DNA from: Pseudoduganella sp.
Lineage (GTDB): Bacteria; Pseudomonadota; Gammaproteobacteria; Burkholderiales; Burkholderiaceae_D
Reading direction: 5' to 3'
Length of the DNA stretch: 41,193 nucleotides
Assembly: GCA_036404755.1 (NCBI GenBank)
Contig: DASWYX010000373.1
Coordinates: 1 to 41,193 of the forward strand
Each line of letters opens with the position of its first letter. Within the stretch, counting starts at the first letter, position 1. This document shows, one piece after another, positions 9,644 to 18,488 of this stretch. The notes under the pieces were generated by a model. The model ran no database searches. It was not told the origin of the DNA and worked only from the letters and a program-made list of their open reading frames with translations. The position numbers and the translations under genes were made by a program.

Positions 9644-10705
9644 TTACACCACGGCAGCTTCCAGCAGGGTAACGGTCTGGCGTTCGGTGTCCAGGCGGGC
9701 GCGGATGCCCATGGGAATGGTGAACTGGTTGCGGATATGGCCGAAGGAATAGCCGGTCACGGCCGGGATGTGCAGCGGCTTCAGGTGCTGGTCCGTGGTT
9801 TCGTCCAGCGTCAGCGAGATATCGGAATCCTGCGGGCCGCAATTCTCGCAAATGCCCAGCATGATGGCCGATGCATTCTGCAAGCCCAGCGACAGATGCA
9901 GCTGCATCATCATGCGGTCGATGCGGTAGGGCGCCTCGTTCACTTCCTCCAGGAACAGGATGCCCTTGCGGAAGTCGCCGGCATAGGGCGTGCCGGCCAG
10001 CGCGCTGACCAGGCACATATTGCCGCCGATCAGCGGGCCTTCGGCCACGCCCGGCACCACGGTACGCAGTGCGTAATGCGGCTCTTCCTCAGCCTTGCGG
10101 CTGTTTTCGAGCGCCATGGGAATCGTGTATTCCTCTTCAGGCCGCATCAGCACGTTGAGCAGATGCGTGACCGAGTAATCGGACATGGTGGAGGAAGCCA
10201 CCGGTCCGTGGAAGGTCACCAGCCCGGCGTGCTTGTGGATCGCCAGGTGCAGGGCCGTGATGTCGGAATATCCGATCAGGATCTTGGGGTTGTTGCGGAT
10301 CAGCTTGTAATCCAGGTGTTCCAGCAGCTGGATGCAGCCGGAACCGCCGCGGATTGCCCAGATCGCCTTGACCTCGCGGTCGGCGAACATGGCGTGCAGG
10401 TCGTCCAAGCGCTGCTGGGGCAAGCCGCCGTAGTTGCCGTAGACGGCTTCCAGGTTCTTGCCCAGCTTGACCTTGAAACCCAGGGATTCAATGTTCTGGA
10501 TGGCCTTCGCGATGGAGGGCGCACTCGTATGGCCGCCGGGGGCGACTAGGCCAATCGTGTCGCCCGGCAGCAGGCGGGGCGGTTTGATCAGGCCGCTGTG
10601 ATTCATGGGAGGCTTTCGTTTCCTGGAACGCGCCGCTGCCGCCGGAAGGGCGGCAGCTGCGAGGGCGGCCGCGGCAAGGCGGCCGAATGTCCGTCTGGAG
10701 ATCAG
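9644..10705 (-). CDS. ldcA: LD-carboxypeptidase (peptidase S66, LdcA family), probably Tat-exported; first ATG at 10606, proposed start CTG 10705
   Basis: AIRGGSG, IGYSDIT (Ser), LFLEEVNE (Glu), FGHI (His); the in-frame upstream extension reads LISRRTFGRLAAAALAAAALPAAAARSRKRKPP. Confidence 0.88.
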   Translation of the reverse strand: MISRRTFGRLAAAALAAAALPAAAARSRKRKPPMNHSGLIKPPRLLPGDTIGLVAPGGHTSAPSIAKAIQNIESLGFKVKLGKNLEAVYGNYGGLPQQRLDDLHAMFADREVKAIWAIRGGSGCIQLLEHLDYKLIRNNPKILIGYSDITALHLAIHKHAGLVTFHGPVASSTMSDYSVTHLLNVLMRPEEEYTIPMALENSRKAEEEPHYALRTVVPGVAEGPLIGGNMCLVSALAGTPYAGDFRKGILFLEEVNEAPYRIDRMMMQLHLSLGLQNASAIMLGICENCGPQDSDISLTLDETTDQHLKPLHIPAVTGYSFGHIRNQFTIPMGIRARLDTERQTVTLLEAAVV

Positions 10706-13455
10706 AAGAACTTGTACTTCAGGGTGAACACCAGCGAGCGGCCGCGCGGGTCGGCGACACGCGGATCCCAGCCTGCACCCACCACTTCGTCCACGTTGTG
10801 GGCGGTGAATGGCGGATCGGTATCGAACAGGTTCTGGATGCCGACGGTGATCGTGGTGTTCTTGAAGCCCGTGTACGTGCCGGACAGGTCGTACTTGGTG
10901 TAGTGATGAACACGCGGATCGAAGCCTGGCGGAGGCGTACCCTTGCCGCCGTTCGGCACCTGGTCGTTGTAGCCGGTCGAGTAGCGCTGCATCAGCAGGC
11001 CGCTCCAGTCGCCGCGCGACACGGTCAGGCTGGCGGTGTGCTTCCAGCGCAGGTACACGTCGCGGGTATTGAACTGACTGACCAGTTCCTTCAGCGGCTG
11101 GCCTTCGAACTCGGCGAACTTGAAGCTGTCGATGTAGGTGCCGTCCAGGGCTGCCGCGTACTTGTAGCCGCTGTAGCTGCCGTCGTAGCGCAGGCCCAGG
11201 TCGATACCGCGGGTCTTCAGGCCGGCAGCATTGATCCAGCCCGCTTCCACGTGGTCGATGATGCCGGTGTTCGGATCACGGATGATGTACTGGTTCAGGT
11301 ACTGGTAGTTCTGCAGCACGATTTGCGGCGTGCGGTTCAGGATACGGTCCTTGATGTTGATCGCCCACCAGTCGATCGAGGCCGTGAAGTTCTTGAACGG
11401 CTCGATCACCATACCTGCGGTACCCTGCTTCGAGGTTTCCGGCTTCAGGTTCGGGTTGCCGCCGGTGTTGTAGTTCAGGCGCGGAATGGCGCAGAAGGCC
11501 GGGTCGCCAGGGTGCTTGGCGCAGCCTTCCTGGTCGATGATGCCGTTCGGCAGTTCCTGCGACAGGCGGCCGGCGTACAGCTGGGTGAAGCTCGGCGCCA
11601 GGAAGCCCTTGTTGGCCGAACCGCGGAACAGCAGCCAGTTCTTCGGCTGGTAGCGGAAGGCGACCTTCGGATTGGTGGTGGCGCCGATCAGGCTGTAGTT
11701 GTCGCGGCGCACGGCCAGCTGCACTTCCAGGTCCTTCAGGACGGGAACGATGGCTTCGGCGTAGACGGCGCGGATGTAGCGGCTGGCCTTGTCCAGGTTG
11801 GCGTTACCCGGCGACAGCAGGATCTTGGTCGCATCCACGTCGGCGGCGAACTCGTAGGTTTCCTTGCGCAGGTCGAAGCCCGTTGCCACCGACACGGCGC
11901 CGGCCGGCAGCTGGAACACTTCACCGGAAATCGAGCCGTCCAGCTGGGTGGTCGTGGTGCGGCCGTGCTGGAAGGCGCCAACGTACTTGGTGGCCTCAAT
12001 CGCCTGCATCGCGTCGGCGGTCTGGGACTGGCCCGGCGCCAGCCACGGGTTGACCTTGCCGCTGCCCAGCAGGGAATAGATCTTGTCGGTCCAGCCGTAG
12101 CCGTTCACCAGGTCGACTTGCGACTTGCTGCCGGACTTCGACAGGCCCAGCTTATAGTCGTACTTGCCGAGCAGGGTGCCTTCCGCCGCCACCAGGCCGC
12201 GGTAGTTTTCCAGCGTGAAGTCCTGGGTACGGTTGCCCCATGGGTTCGCACGCCACTTGTAGATGATCGGCTTGGTGTTGTCGAAGGACGGGATGTACTG
12301 CTTCAGGCTCTGGTAGTACGGGCCATTGACCGGGTAAGCGTTGCCGTTCGCCAGCGAAGTGGAAATCTGCACCGGGGTCAGCTCGGCCGTGGTATCGGTC
12401 TTCGAGCCCAGCACTTCAACATAGACCTTGTGGTCGTCGTTGATCTTGAACGTGCCGCGCGACACGGCGTTGGTACGCTCGGTCGGGAAAGACATCACAT
12501 AGTCCGCGCCGTAGTCATAGGCGCAGGAATACTTGGTGCGGGTGATCGGGGTGACGTTGGTCCACAGCTCGCTGGCGTACTGCGACATGCCCGGAATGGT
12601 GTCGCACTTGCCTTGCAGGCTCAGCAGGCCAGCCTGCAGGTAGGTCGTGTTATCGCCAGGCACCTTGAACGGGGTCAGCGCCGTGCCGGTACCGGACAGG
12701 ATGTTGGCGAACGGGGTGCCGGTGGTATCCGGCGACAGGCCGCGCGAAGGCTGGTAGCCGTTGGCGAAGTCGCGCTGGCTGGAGGCCAGCTTGTCGTTCA
12801 CGTCACGGGTGACGGCGGCCATGATGTTCCAGCCGTCCGTATTCAGGTCGCCAATGCCGCCCAGCAGGGAGTAGCGGCGGGTCATGCCGCCGCCGTGCTC
12901 GGTGCCGTTCAGGGTAGTGGACGCTTCCAGGCCCTTGTAATCGGTCTTCAGGATGAAGTTGATCACGCCGCCGATCGCATCGGTACCGTAGATTGCGGAC
13001 GCGCCGTCTTTCAGGATTTCCACGCGCTGGATAGCGCCCAGTGGAATGGAGTTCAGGTCGACTGCCTTGCCGCTGCCGCCGTTATTGCCCAGGCGGCGGC
13101 CATTCAGCAGCACCAGGGTAGCGTTCGGGCCCAGGCCGCGCAGCGAAGCGAAGGCTGCGCCGCCGGAGGTGCGGTCGGCGTCGGCGCCGAAGACGTTGTT
13201 GCCGGAGGTCGGGTTGTCGGCGCCCGTGCCGTTGGCGGAGATCAGCTTGACCAGCTCTTCCGTGCTGGTGATGCCGGCCTTCTGGATGGTATCGAAGGTG
13301 ATGGTCTGCACCGGCAGCGCGCCTTCCTTGGCAACGCGCTTGATGCTGGAACCGGTAATTTCCACTCGCTGGACTTGCTGGGCAACTTCCTGCGCCATTA
13401 CAGGACTAACAACACCAATCAGCGCAATCAGATGCGCAAGCTTCTTTACCTTCAC
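10702..13455 (-). CDS. TonB-dependent outer-membrane receptor (917 aa)
   Basis: Signal peptide, VEITGS, plug motifs LRGLG..TLVLLNGRR and RVEILKDGASAIYGTDAIGGVINFI, GNPNLKPETS, terminal Phe; GTG start with GGAG SD. Confidence 0.95.
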   Translation of the reverse strand: MKVKKLAHLIALIGVVSPVMAQEVAQQVQRVEITGSSIKRVAKEGALPVQTITFDTIQKAGITSTEELVKLISANGTGADNPTSGNNVFGADADRTSGGAAFASLRGLGPNATLVLLNGRRLGNNGGSGKAVDLNSIPLGAIQRVEILKDGASAIYGTDAIGGVINFILKTDYKGLEASTTLNGTEHGGGMTRRYSLLGGIGDLNTDGWNIMAAVTRDVNDKLASSQRDFANGYQPSRGLSPDTTGTPFANILSGTGTALTPFKVPGDNTTYLQAGLLSLQGKCDTIPGMSQYASELWTNVTPITRTKYSCAYDYGADYVMSFPTERTNAVSRGTFKINDDHKVYVEVLGSKTDTTAELTPVQISTSLANGNAYPVNGPYYQSLKQYIPSFDNTKPIIYKWRANPWGNRTQDFTLENYRGLVAAEGTLLGKYDYKLGLSKSGSKSQVDLVNGYGWTDKIYSLLGSGKVNPWLAPGQSQTADAMQAIEATKYVGAFQHGRTTTTQLDGSISGEVFQLPAGAVSVATGFDLRKETYEFAADVDATKILLSPGNANLDKASRYIRAVYAEAIVPVLKDLEVQLAVRRDNYSLIGATTNPKVAFRYQPKNWLLFRGSANKGFLAPSFTQLYAGRLSQELPNGIIDQEGCAKHPGDPAFCAIPRLNYNTGGNPNLKPETSKQGTAGMVIEPFKNFTASIDWWAINIKDRILNRTPQIVLQNYQYLNQYIIRDPNTGIIDHVEAGWINAAGLKTRGIDLGLRYDGSYSGYKYAAALDGTYIDSFKFAEFEGQPLKELVSQFNTRDVYLRWKHTASLTVSRGDWSGLLMQRYSTGYNDQVPNGGKGTPPPGFDPRVHHYTKYDLSGTYTGFKNTTITVGIQNLFDTDPPFTAHNVDEVVGAGWDPRVADPRGRSLVFTLKYKFF

Positions 13456-13588
13456 AGGGTCTCTCCCAATTAAATTTGAACCGTCTAAAGCGGCCAGTGG
13501 TGGGCAATGTCAGGGGCATTGCTCTTCTTGGCTTTTGCAGGTTATCCCGGTGGAAAACTTGCCTGCCAATGAAAATTACTGCGCAGAC

Positions 13589-13605
13589 TATAACTTTATG
13601 TAATG
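13589..13605. promoter_or_regulatory. Putative LysR box (TATAACTTTATGTAATG) upstream of TonB receptor
   Basis: T-N11-A dyad; on the minus strand followed after 13 nt by TTTTCATT and by -10-like TAACCT (13544-13539). Confidence 0.7.
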
Positions 13606-13619
13606 AAAAGGCGCGTATT

Positions 13620-15410
13620 CTAGCGGACAGCGCCCTTGGTAGCAGCGCCGCGTGCTTGTTGATCAATATCAACGTACCGCCAATTAGTTAATTCGACCGG
13701 GTGGCGCTTGTAGTTTTTTAGCCACGGTTGCTGGATATCGGCGGAGATCGGGTGAATTACCAGCACCCAGGGGTTGTAGGCGTGGATCAGCTGGGACAAC
13801 TCTTTGTAGATCTTCTGCCGCTCGGGACCGTCGCTCAGCTTGCGGGACTGCTCATAACGCTGGTTATATTCGGGCAGATTGAAGCGCGCGTAATTGGCGC
13901 GTCCGCTGTTGGGACCGTACAACAGCTGGAAGAAGTTGTCGCCGTCCGGGAAGTCGGCAATCCAGTTGGTTTCGAACATCTGCACCTTGCCCAGGCGCGA
14001 AGCCTTGATGATTTCCGTCTTCTTGTCGGACTTGAAGGTCACGTTCAGGCCGATGGCGTTCAGGTTCTTGCGCCACAGCTCGTCGCGCAGGCGGCCCACC
14101 ATGGTCGGCTCGGTGTGCATGGTCAGCAGCAGCGGACTGCCGTCCGGCATGGTGCGGAAACCATCCTTGCCGACGCGGTAGCCGAAGCGGTCCAGCAGAG
14201 CCCGGGCCAGCGCCGGGTCGTACTGCACGGGGCTGCGGTAAGCGGGGTCGTACCCCAGCACATTGGGCGGCAGCGGCGACTGGGCAGGGATGGCCAGGCC
14301 CTTCTTCAGCAGGGCGATGTCCTCCGGGCTGTTATAACCCAGCGCTATGGCCCGGCGCAGGGCGACCTTTTCCTTGCTGTAGCCGCCGATGACCGGGTCA
14401 TCCATGTTCATCCACATGTAGTAGGTCTGCAGCACGGGGAAGGGCGTAAACACCATGCCGCGCTGCGCCAGCTCCGGCTTCAGCACGGGCTTGCTTGACG
14501 ACGGATCGAGCACCATGTCGCGCATCGATTCCGGCACCTGCTCGATGTAGTCGAATTCGCCGTTCAGGAAGCCCAGCACGCGCGACTGGTATTCCTCCAT
14601 GATCTTGACCTCGACCTTGTCCACCTGGGGCAGCTTGTGGCCCTGGTAGCTTTGCGGGTAGCCCGGGTTGGCGGCCAGCGTGATCTTGTCGCTGCGCTTC
14701 CATTCCTCGACGCTGAAGGGGCCGCTGCCAACGGGATGGTTGCCCATCTGCAGGCCGTAGGCCTCCGCCACTTCGCGCGCGACCGCGCCGGTAGCGGGCA
14801 GGGCCATGTAGAACAGGAAGCTCGGATCCGGGGCCTTCAGCTTGATGCGCAAGGTGTATTTGTCGACGGCTTGCAGGCCCTCGATGTTCCTGTCGTAGCT
14901 GAACTTGCCGTTTTTGTACGCTTCGTCGCCGGCCAGCTTGTCTTCGAACATGAAGAGCCAGGGCGATTTCAGGCCGGGGTCGTACAGGCGCTTGATGCTG
15001 TAGACGTAGTCGGCGGCGGTGACTTCGCGTTTCTGGCCCTTGAAGGCCGGATCGTCGCTGAAGAACATGCCGGGCCGGAGCTGGAAAGTCCAGACGGTGC
15101 TGCTGGCGTCGCTGGTGGGCATGGCGCGCGCCGAACTGGGGGCCAGCTTCACGGGACGCGCATCGTAATCGTAGCGCAGCAGGGGGTCGAACAGGTTTTC
15201 CAGCAGGCTCAGGCTGGCCAGGTCGGAAGCCACGGCCGGGTCCAGGCCGGTTTCGCCGGTGGAGAGGAAGGCGTGCAGGACTTTGGACGGGCCGGCGGCT
15301 TGCGCGGGCGCCGGTGTAGCGCCTGCCCCGGCGGCGGCAGCGCCTCCGGCAGCGCTGGCGAAACAGGCGGCGATGGCGAGGGCGGCGATCGGATTCCAGA
15401 GTCTCTTCAT
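13620..15410 (-). CDS. Family 5 (OppA/DppA-type) extracellular solute-binding protein, no cognate ABC permease in window
   Basis: LDPAVASD, VWTFQLRPG.FFSDD, VTAADYVYS, PVGSGPF, ALRRAIALG, WIADFPD motifs; N-terminal signal with possible lipobox IAAC. Confidence 0.9.
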   Translation of the reverse strand: MKRLWNPIAALAIAACFASAAGGAAAAGAGATPAPAQAAGPSKVLHAFLSTGETGLDPAVASDLASLSLLENLFDPLLRYDYDARPVKLAPSSARAMPTSDASSTVWTFQLRPGMFFSDDPAFKGQKREVTAADYVYSIKRLYDPGLKSPWLFMFEDKLAGDEAYKNGKFSYDRNIEGLQAVDKYTLRIKLKAPDPSFLFYMALPATGAVAREVAEAYGLQMGNHPVGSGPFSVEEWKRSDKITLAANPGYPQSYQGHKLPQVDKVEVKIMEEYQSRVLGFLNGEFDYIEQVPESMRDMVLDPSSSKPVLKPELAQRGMVFTPFPVLQTYYMWMNMDDPVIGGYSKEKVALRRAIALGYNSPEDIALLKKGLAIPAQSPLPPNVLGYDPAYRSPVQYDPALARALLDRFGYRVGKDGFRTMPDGSPLLLTMHTEPTMVGRLRDELWRKNLNAIGLNVTFKSDKKTEIIKASRLGKVQMFETNWIADFPDGDNFFQLLYGPNSGRANYARFNLPEYNQRYEQSRKLSDGPERQKIYKELSQLIHAYNPWVLVIHPISADIQQPWLKNYKRHPVELTNWRYVDIDQQARGAATKGAVR

Positions 15411-15485
15411 TGCTTGTCCTTATGGTTGCGGCGCAGAGCATACGGCAGCGCCGCACGCCGCGCCAGTGAAATCCATCCCGCCGCT

Positions 15486-15502
15486 TATAACTTTTTTACA
15501 TG
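15486..15502. promoter_or_regulatory. Putative bidirectional LysR box (TATAACTTTTTTACATG) between SBP and spmAB
   Basis: TTTCA motif 13 nt away on both sides, with -10-like TATGCT (15442-15437, minus) and CAAAAT (15546-15551, plus). Confidence 0.7.
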
Positions 15503-15582
15503 CCTGACCTGCATAGTTTCATCAGCGCGACCTATACTTTGCCTTCAAAATTGCTCCAAACCATATTCGCTGCAGGGAATTC

Positions 15583-16821
15583 ATGTCACTTAATTACATC
15601 TGGTCCGGCTTCTTTCTGGTAGGTTTCGCGGCGGCGCTGGCGCAGTGGCTGTTCCTGGGCGATACGGAGATTTTCAAAAAGATCATCGACGGCACTTTCG
15701 AGACGGCCAAGGTCGGCGTAATGGACATCGCCCTGCCGCTGGCCGGCGTGATGACGCTGTGGCTGGGCATCATGAACATCGGTGAGAAAGCGGGCGCCGT
15801 CGGCTGGCTGGCGAAAATCATCTCGCCCTTCTTCTCGCGCATCTTCCCCGAAGTGCCGAAGGACCATCCGGCCACCGGCCACATGGTGATGAACTTCTCC
15901 GCCAACCTGCTGGGCCTGGACAATGCCGCCACGCCCTTCGGCCTGAAGGCGATGGAGAGCCTGCAAACGCTGAACCCCAACAAGGATGAAGCGAGCAATG
16001 CCCAGATCATGTTCCTGGTGCTGCACACGTCCGGCCTGACGCTGATTCCGCTGGCCATCATGGCGCAGCGCTCCATCCTGGGTGCGGCCGACCCGTCCGA
16101 CATCTTCATTCCCTGCCTGATCGCGACCTATGTGGCGACGGTGGCGGGCATCATTGCCGTATCGATCCGCCAGCGCATCAACCTGTTCGACAGCGTTGTC
16201 CTCAGCTGGCTGGGCGGCATGACGGCAGCCATCGGCGGCATGGTTTACTACTTCACCAATTACCTGACACGCACCGAGATCGAGGTGGTATCCAAGGTGG
16301 TGAGCAACCTGATCCTGATCATGATCATCGCCGTCTTCATCATCGGCGCGCTGCGCAAGAAAGTGAATGTGTACGACGCCTTCATCGAGGGCGCGAAAGG
16401 CGGCATCCAGACCTCGCTGACCGTGATTCCCTACCTGGTCGGCATGCTGGTCGCCATCAGCGTGATCCGCAACGCCGGCGTGTTCACGCTGATCACGGAC
16501 GCTTTCGCCTGGCTTTTCCACGCCATGGGCCTGCGTACCGACTTCGTGCCGTCGCTGCCGGTGGCGCTGATGAAGCCTTTCAGCGGCAGCGGCTCGCGTG
16601 CGATGATGATCGATGCGATGAAAACCTATGGTCCGGATTCCTTCGTGGGGCGCCTGGCCTGTATCTTCCAGGGTTCGGCCGACACCACCTTCTACATCGT
16701 CGCGCTGTACTTTGGCTCGGTGGGCATCCGCAAGACGCGCTATGCGATTTCCTGCGGCATGATCGCCGACTTCGCCGGCATCGTGGCCGCGATTGGCGTG
16801 GCTTATCTGTTCTTCGGTTAA
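15583..16821 (+). CDS. Fused SpmA/SpmB (nucleoside-recognition Gate domain) membrane protein
   Basis: ANLLGLDNAATPFGLKAM (SpmA) and VYDAFIEGAKGG, KPFSGSG, GSADTTFYIVALYFGSVGIRKTRYA (SpmB) in one polypeptide. Confidence 0.88.
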   Translation: MSLNYIWSGFFLVGFAAALAQWLFLGDTEIFKKIIDGTFETAKVGVMDIALPLAGVMTLWLGIMNIGEKAGAVGWLAKIISPFFSRIFPEVPKDHPATGHMVMNFSANLLGLDNAATPFGLKAMESLQTLNPNKDEASNAQIMFLVLHTSGLTLIPLAIMAQRSILGAADPSDIFIPCLIATYVATVAGIIAVSIRQRINLFDSVVLSWLGGMTAAIGGMVYYFTNYLTRTEIEVVSKVVSNLILIMIIAVFIIGALRKKVNVYDAFIEGAKGGIQTSLTVIPYLVGMLVAISVIRNAGVFTLITDAFAWLFHAMGLRTDFVPSLPVALMKPFSGSGSRAMMIDAMKTYGPDSFVGRLACIFQGSADTTFYIVALYFGSVGIRKTRYAISCGMIADFAGIVAAIGVAYLFFG

Positions 16822-16834
16822 AGGAGCTGTCCTG

Positions 16835-18331
16835 ATGCGCCGTCTTCTTCTCGCTTCCCTGATCGCTGCCTTCGGCGCCGCTCACGCCGCGCTGCCCGAG
16901 CCGGTGGCCCGCCTAGCCGCCGCAAACGGCATTCCTGAGGATGCTATCGGCGCGCTCGTGCTGCGCGGCGACCAGGCCCTGGTTTCCAATATGCCGGACC
17001 AGCCCTTCGCACCCGCTTCGACCATGAAGCTGGTGACCACGATCGTCGGCCTCGAAGAACTGGGCCCCGTGTTCAAGGGGCGCACTGAGTTGCGCAGCAG
17101 CGGCGAGATCGTCAACGGCGTGCTGCACGGCGACCTGGTGCTGCGCGGCGGCGCGGACGGCGACTTCACGATCGACGCCTTCACGCACATGCTGGAAAAG
17201 CTGCGCAGCCAGGGCATCCGCCGCATCGACGGCAACCTGGTGCTGGACCGCACGCTGTGGCAGCCTTCGCGGCTGGATGTCGGCGTGCCGCCCTTCGATG
17301 AATCGCCCGAGGCTTACTACAACGTGATTCCGGATGCGCTGTGGCTGAACATGAATATGCTGACGCTCGATATCGCATCCGATGCGCGCTCGGTGCGCGT
17401 ATCGCTGCTGCCGGAGATGGACAAGGTGTCGGTGAAGTCCGAACTGGTGCTGACCGATGGCGAATGCGCGAAGTGGGAGGACGGCTGGAAAGTGCCCGAG
17501 TACGTGCGCAACGGCTCCCGCCTTTCGATTGTGCTGAAGGGGACCTATCCACGCAACTGCGCCAGGACGAATGTGGTCAATGTGCTCGACCGGCATGACT
17601 TCACCGAACGCTTCTTCCGCGCGACGTGGGCGCGGCTGGGCGGGAAGTTCAGCGGCTCCGTGCTGGAAGCCGAAGCGCCGGTGAGCGCCGTGCGCCTGCT
17701 GGCCGAGCACACCTCGCGCAGCCTGCCCGAGATTATCCGCGACACCAACAAGCCGTCCGACAACGGCCTGGCGCGCACCATCTTCCTCAGCCTGGGCAGC
17801 CTGCAGGCTGATCCCAAGCTGGGCAGCCGTCCGCTCGACCTGGCTGCGCCCGCGCCCGCAGCGGCGGCTTCCACGCCTGGCGGTGGCGACATTGCCGCGC
17901 CGGCGTCCACGCTGGCCCGCTCAGAACTGGTGGTGCGCAACTGGCTGCGCAAGCAAGGCATCGACGATTCCGGCCTGGTGCTGGAAAACGGCTCCGGCCT
18001 CTCGCGCATCGAGCGCATCCGCCCGGTGCAGATGGCCGGCCTGCTGCGCGCCGCGCAACGCTCCCTGTGGGCGCCCGAATTCATCGCCAGCCTGCCGATC
18101 GCCGGCGTGGACGGCACGATGAAGCGCCGCCTGAAGGAAAGCATCGCCGCCCAGCGCGCCCGCGTAAAAACCGGCACCCTGCGCGACGTGGTCGCCATCG
18201 CCGGCTACGTCCCCGACGCCGACGGCCAGCCCTGCATCGTCGTCGCCATGGTCAACCACGAGCGCGCCGGCAACGGCATCGGCCGCTCCATCGTCGACGC
18301 CCTCATCGACTGGACCGCCCAGCAACACTAA
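16835..18331 (+). CDS. dacB: D-alanyl-D-alanine carboxypeptidase/endopeptidase (PBP4, peptidase S13)
   Basis: PASTMK (SxxK), SDN (SxN), KTGTL, NGSGLSR; signal peptide from ATG 16835 with SD AAGGAG. Confidence 0.92.
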   Translation: MRRLLLASLIAAFGAAHAALPEPVARLAAANGIPEDAIGALVLRGDQALVSNMPDQPFAPASTMKLVTTIVGLEELGPVFKGRTELRSSGEIVNGVLHGDLVLRGGADGDFTIDAFTHMLEKLRSQGIRRIDGNLVLDRTLWQPSRLDVGVPPFDESPEAYYNVIPDALWLNMNMLTLDIASDARSVRVSLLPEMDKVSVKSELVLTDGECAKWEDGWKVPEYVRNGSRLSIVLKGTYPRNCARTNVVNVLDRHDFTERFFRATWARLGGKFSGSVLEAEAPVSAVRLLAEHTSRSLPEIIRDTNKPSDNGLARTIFLSLGSLQADPKLGSRPLDLAAPAPAAAASTPGGGDIAAPASTLARSELVVRNWLRKQGIDDSGLVLENGSGLSRIERIRPVQMAGLLRAAQRSLWAPEFIASLPIAGVDGTMKRRLKESIAAQRARVKTGTLRDVVAIAGYVPDADGQPCIVVAMVNHERAGNGIGRSIVDALIDWTAQQH

Positions 18332-18344
18332 ATCCCGGGGTCTA

Positions 18345-18484
18345 AATTCGGGGTCAGCTCTGTCATTTGGACACGCGGACTACTTTTTTGATCTTCCTCA
18401 ATACGCAAAAGCGGCTACTTTCGTGTATTGATCTGCCGCAAACGATAGCGCTAGCTGTCCAAATGACAGAGCTGACCCCGAATT
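18345..18484. mobile_element. 140-bp MITE-like element with perfect 29-bp terminal inverted repeats
   Basis: AATTCGGGGTCAGCTCTGTCATTTGGACA (18345-18373) and its exact reverse complement (18456-18484) enclose an 82-nt AT-richer core; between convergent genes; no coding capacity. Confidence 0.7.
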
Positions 18485-18488
18485 GGGG

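Noticed and set aside
10687-13473. 928-aa plus-strand ORF opposite the TonB receptor
   Set aside because: Antisense shadow of a GC-rich gene; no motifs, and the minus strand has clear receptor signatures.
15583-16821. spmAB as evidence of sporulation
   Set aside because: Gram-negative context (TonB receptor, outer-membrane proteins) and no other sporulation genes.
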